This document shows positions 58,873 to 59,564 of a DNA stretch of 59,564 bases, one piece after another. Position numbers and translations under genes: made by a program. Every line of letters starts with the position of its first letter. Within the stretch, counting starts at the first letter, position 1. The notes beneath the pieces are model-generated. The model did not search any database and was not told the DNA's origin. It saw only the letters and a list, made by a program, of their open reading frames with translations. Origin of the DNA: an uncultured Nitrososphaerota archaeon (GTDB lineage Archaea; Asgardarchaeota; Njordarchaeia; Njordarchaeales; Njordarchaeaceae); the NCBI GenBank assembly GCA_964518475.1, contig CAZFGR010000012.1:1-59564 (forward strand), read 5' to 3'.

Positions 58873-59347
58873 TACTCTAATGTAACTTATCTTATTATAG
58901 GGTAGTAATTTAAACAATGCGCAGGAGAAGCCTTCTGAATGATCAAATACCTCTGGTAATGGCTTTCTCGTAGGCCTCAGTGTTGCGAGATTCTGAAGCT
59001 AGGAAGAGATTCCGTCCCTCTTGACTTTTGACGAGTTCTGCGCGCCCTTCCTCTTTGAGAGAATTGCCAAGGTACTTGTCGACGTCTATGTTACAGAGAT
59101 ACTCGATGTCAAACGGTCTCCTTAGCGATTACTTACTTTCCAGAATAAATTTTCTTAGAGCTTATCCGCCTGCTCGATTCTTGCTTAGTTTTGGTTGCTT
59201 CGTATAATGAATGTCTAGACGAGCAAAACTCAAAAACCAACGAGCCAAGAGATTTTTAAAAAAAGACATAGTGAGCACGCTTCATCAATAGTTTGAATTA
59301 AATAGTAGTTATTAAGGATTGTTTTAAGTACCAATTAGCATGTTGAG

Positions 59348-59564
59348 GTGTCCCCTATCCCGTTTAGGAGAAAAGCTGGTAGCATTGACTATGAGCTACT
59401 GCTTGATGTTATAATAAAGATTGACATGTTACGAGACTTAAAGATAACTGATCCCGAGAGACTAGAACGCATGTTATTAAAGACAGGGGTTAGAGGCCTT
59501 AGAGAGGAACTAAGAATTATAAGGAGGGAGGGTGATCGACTGGTCTCTATTCTAGTTAGGGAGA
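59348..59564 (+). CDS. 5' part of a hypothetical CDS running off the window
   Basis: Stop-free frame (IPFRRKAGSIDYELLLDVIIK...) after SD GAGGTG. Confidence 0.5.
   Translation, partial: MSPIPFRRKAGSIDYELLLDVIIKIDMLRDLKITDPERLERMLLKTGVRGLREELRIIRREGDRLVSILVRE

Noticed and set aside
1-59564. CRISPR arrays, cas genes, transposases, integrases, rRNA/tRNA genes
   Set aside because: No regularly spaced repeats or diagnostic motifs were seen by eye.

Overview
A 59.6 kb, AT-rich, gene-dense window from a (hyper)thermophilic archaeon. Evidence: TATA/BRE promoters, GGTGA/GGAGG Shine-Dalgarno motifs, frequent TTG starts, a BpsA branched-polyamine synthase, a His-type Thi4, a MoeA-PBP fusion and box C/D sRNAs. 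A Rab-like GTPase plus several longin-like proteins suggest an Asgard or Asgard-adjacent lineage (inference). Most genes are housekeeping: polyamine operon speD-speB-bpsA-speE, Mo/W-cofactor, thiazole synthesis, DtxR-regulated metal ABC and FeoAB uptake, beta-CASP RNase, Mrp, IlvA, LarE, and HEPN/MNT modules. I found five box C/D guide RNAs in intergenic regions. The strongest candidate for an undescribed system is the ~315-nt leader of the polyamine operon. It carries a leaderless uORF and further tandem uORFs sharing Pro-Gly motifs, a long-range 11-bp GC helix and an anti-SD stem, and one uORF peptide motif (PTLPG) recurs in the SpeD tail that overlaps speB. This could be an archaeal polyamine/aIF5A-sensing translational attenuator. 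Other candidates are a circularly permuted ATP-grasp + GCS2 ligase + amidohydrolase operon, a Rab/longin/7TM signalling neighbourhood, and AUA/AUU start codons. All calls come from motif recognition by eye; no searches were run.
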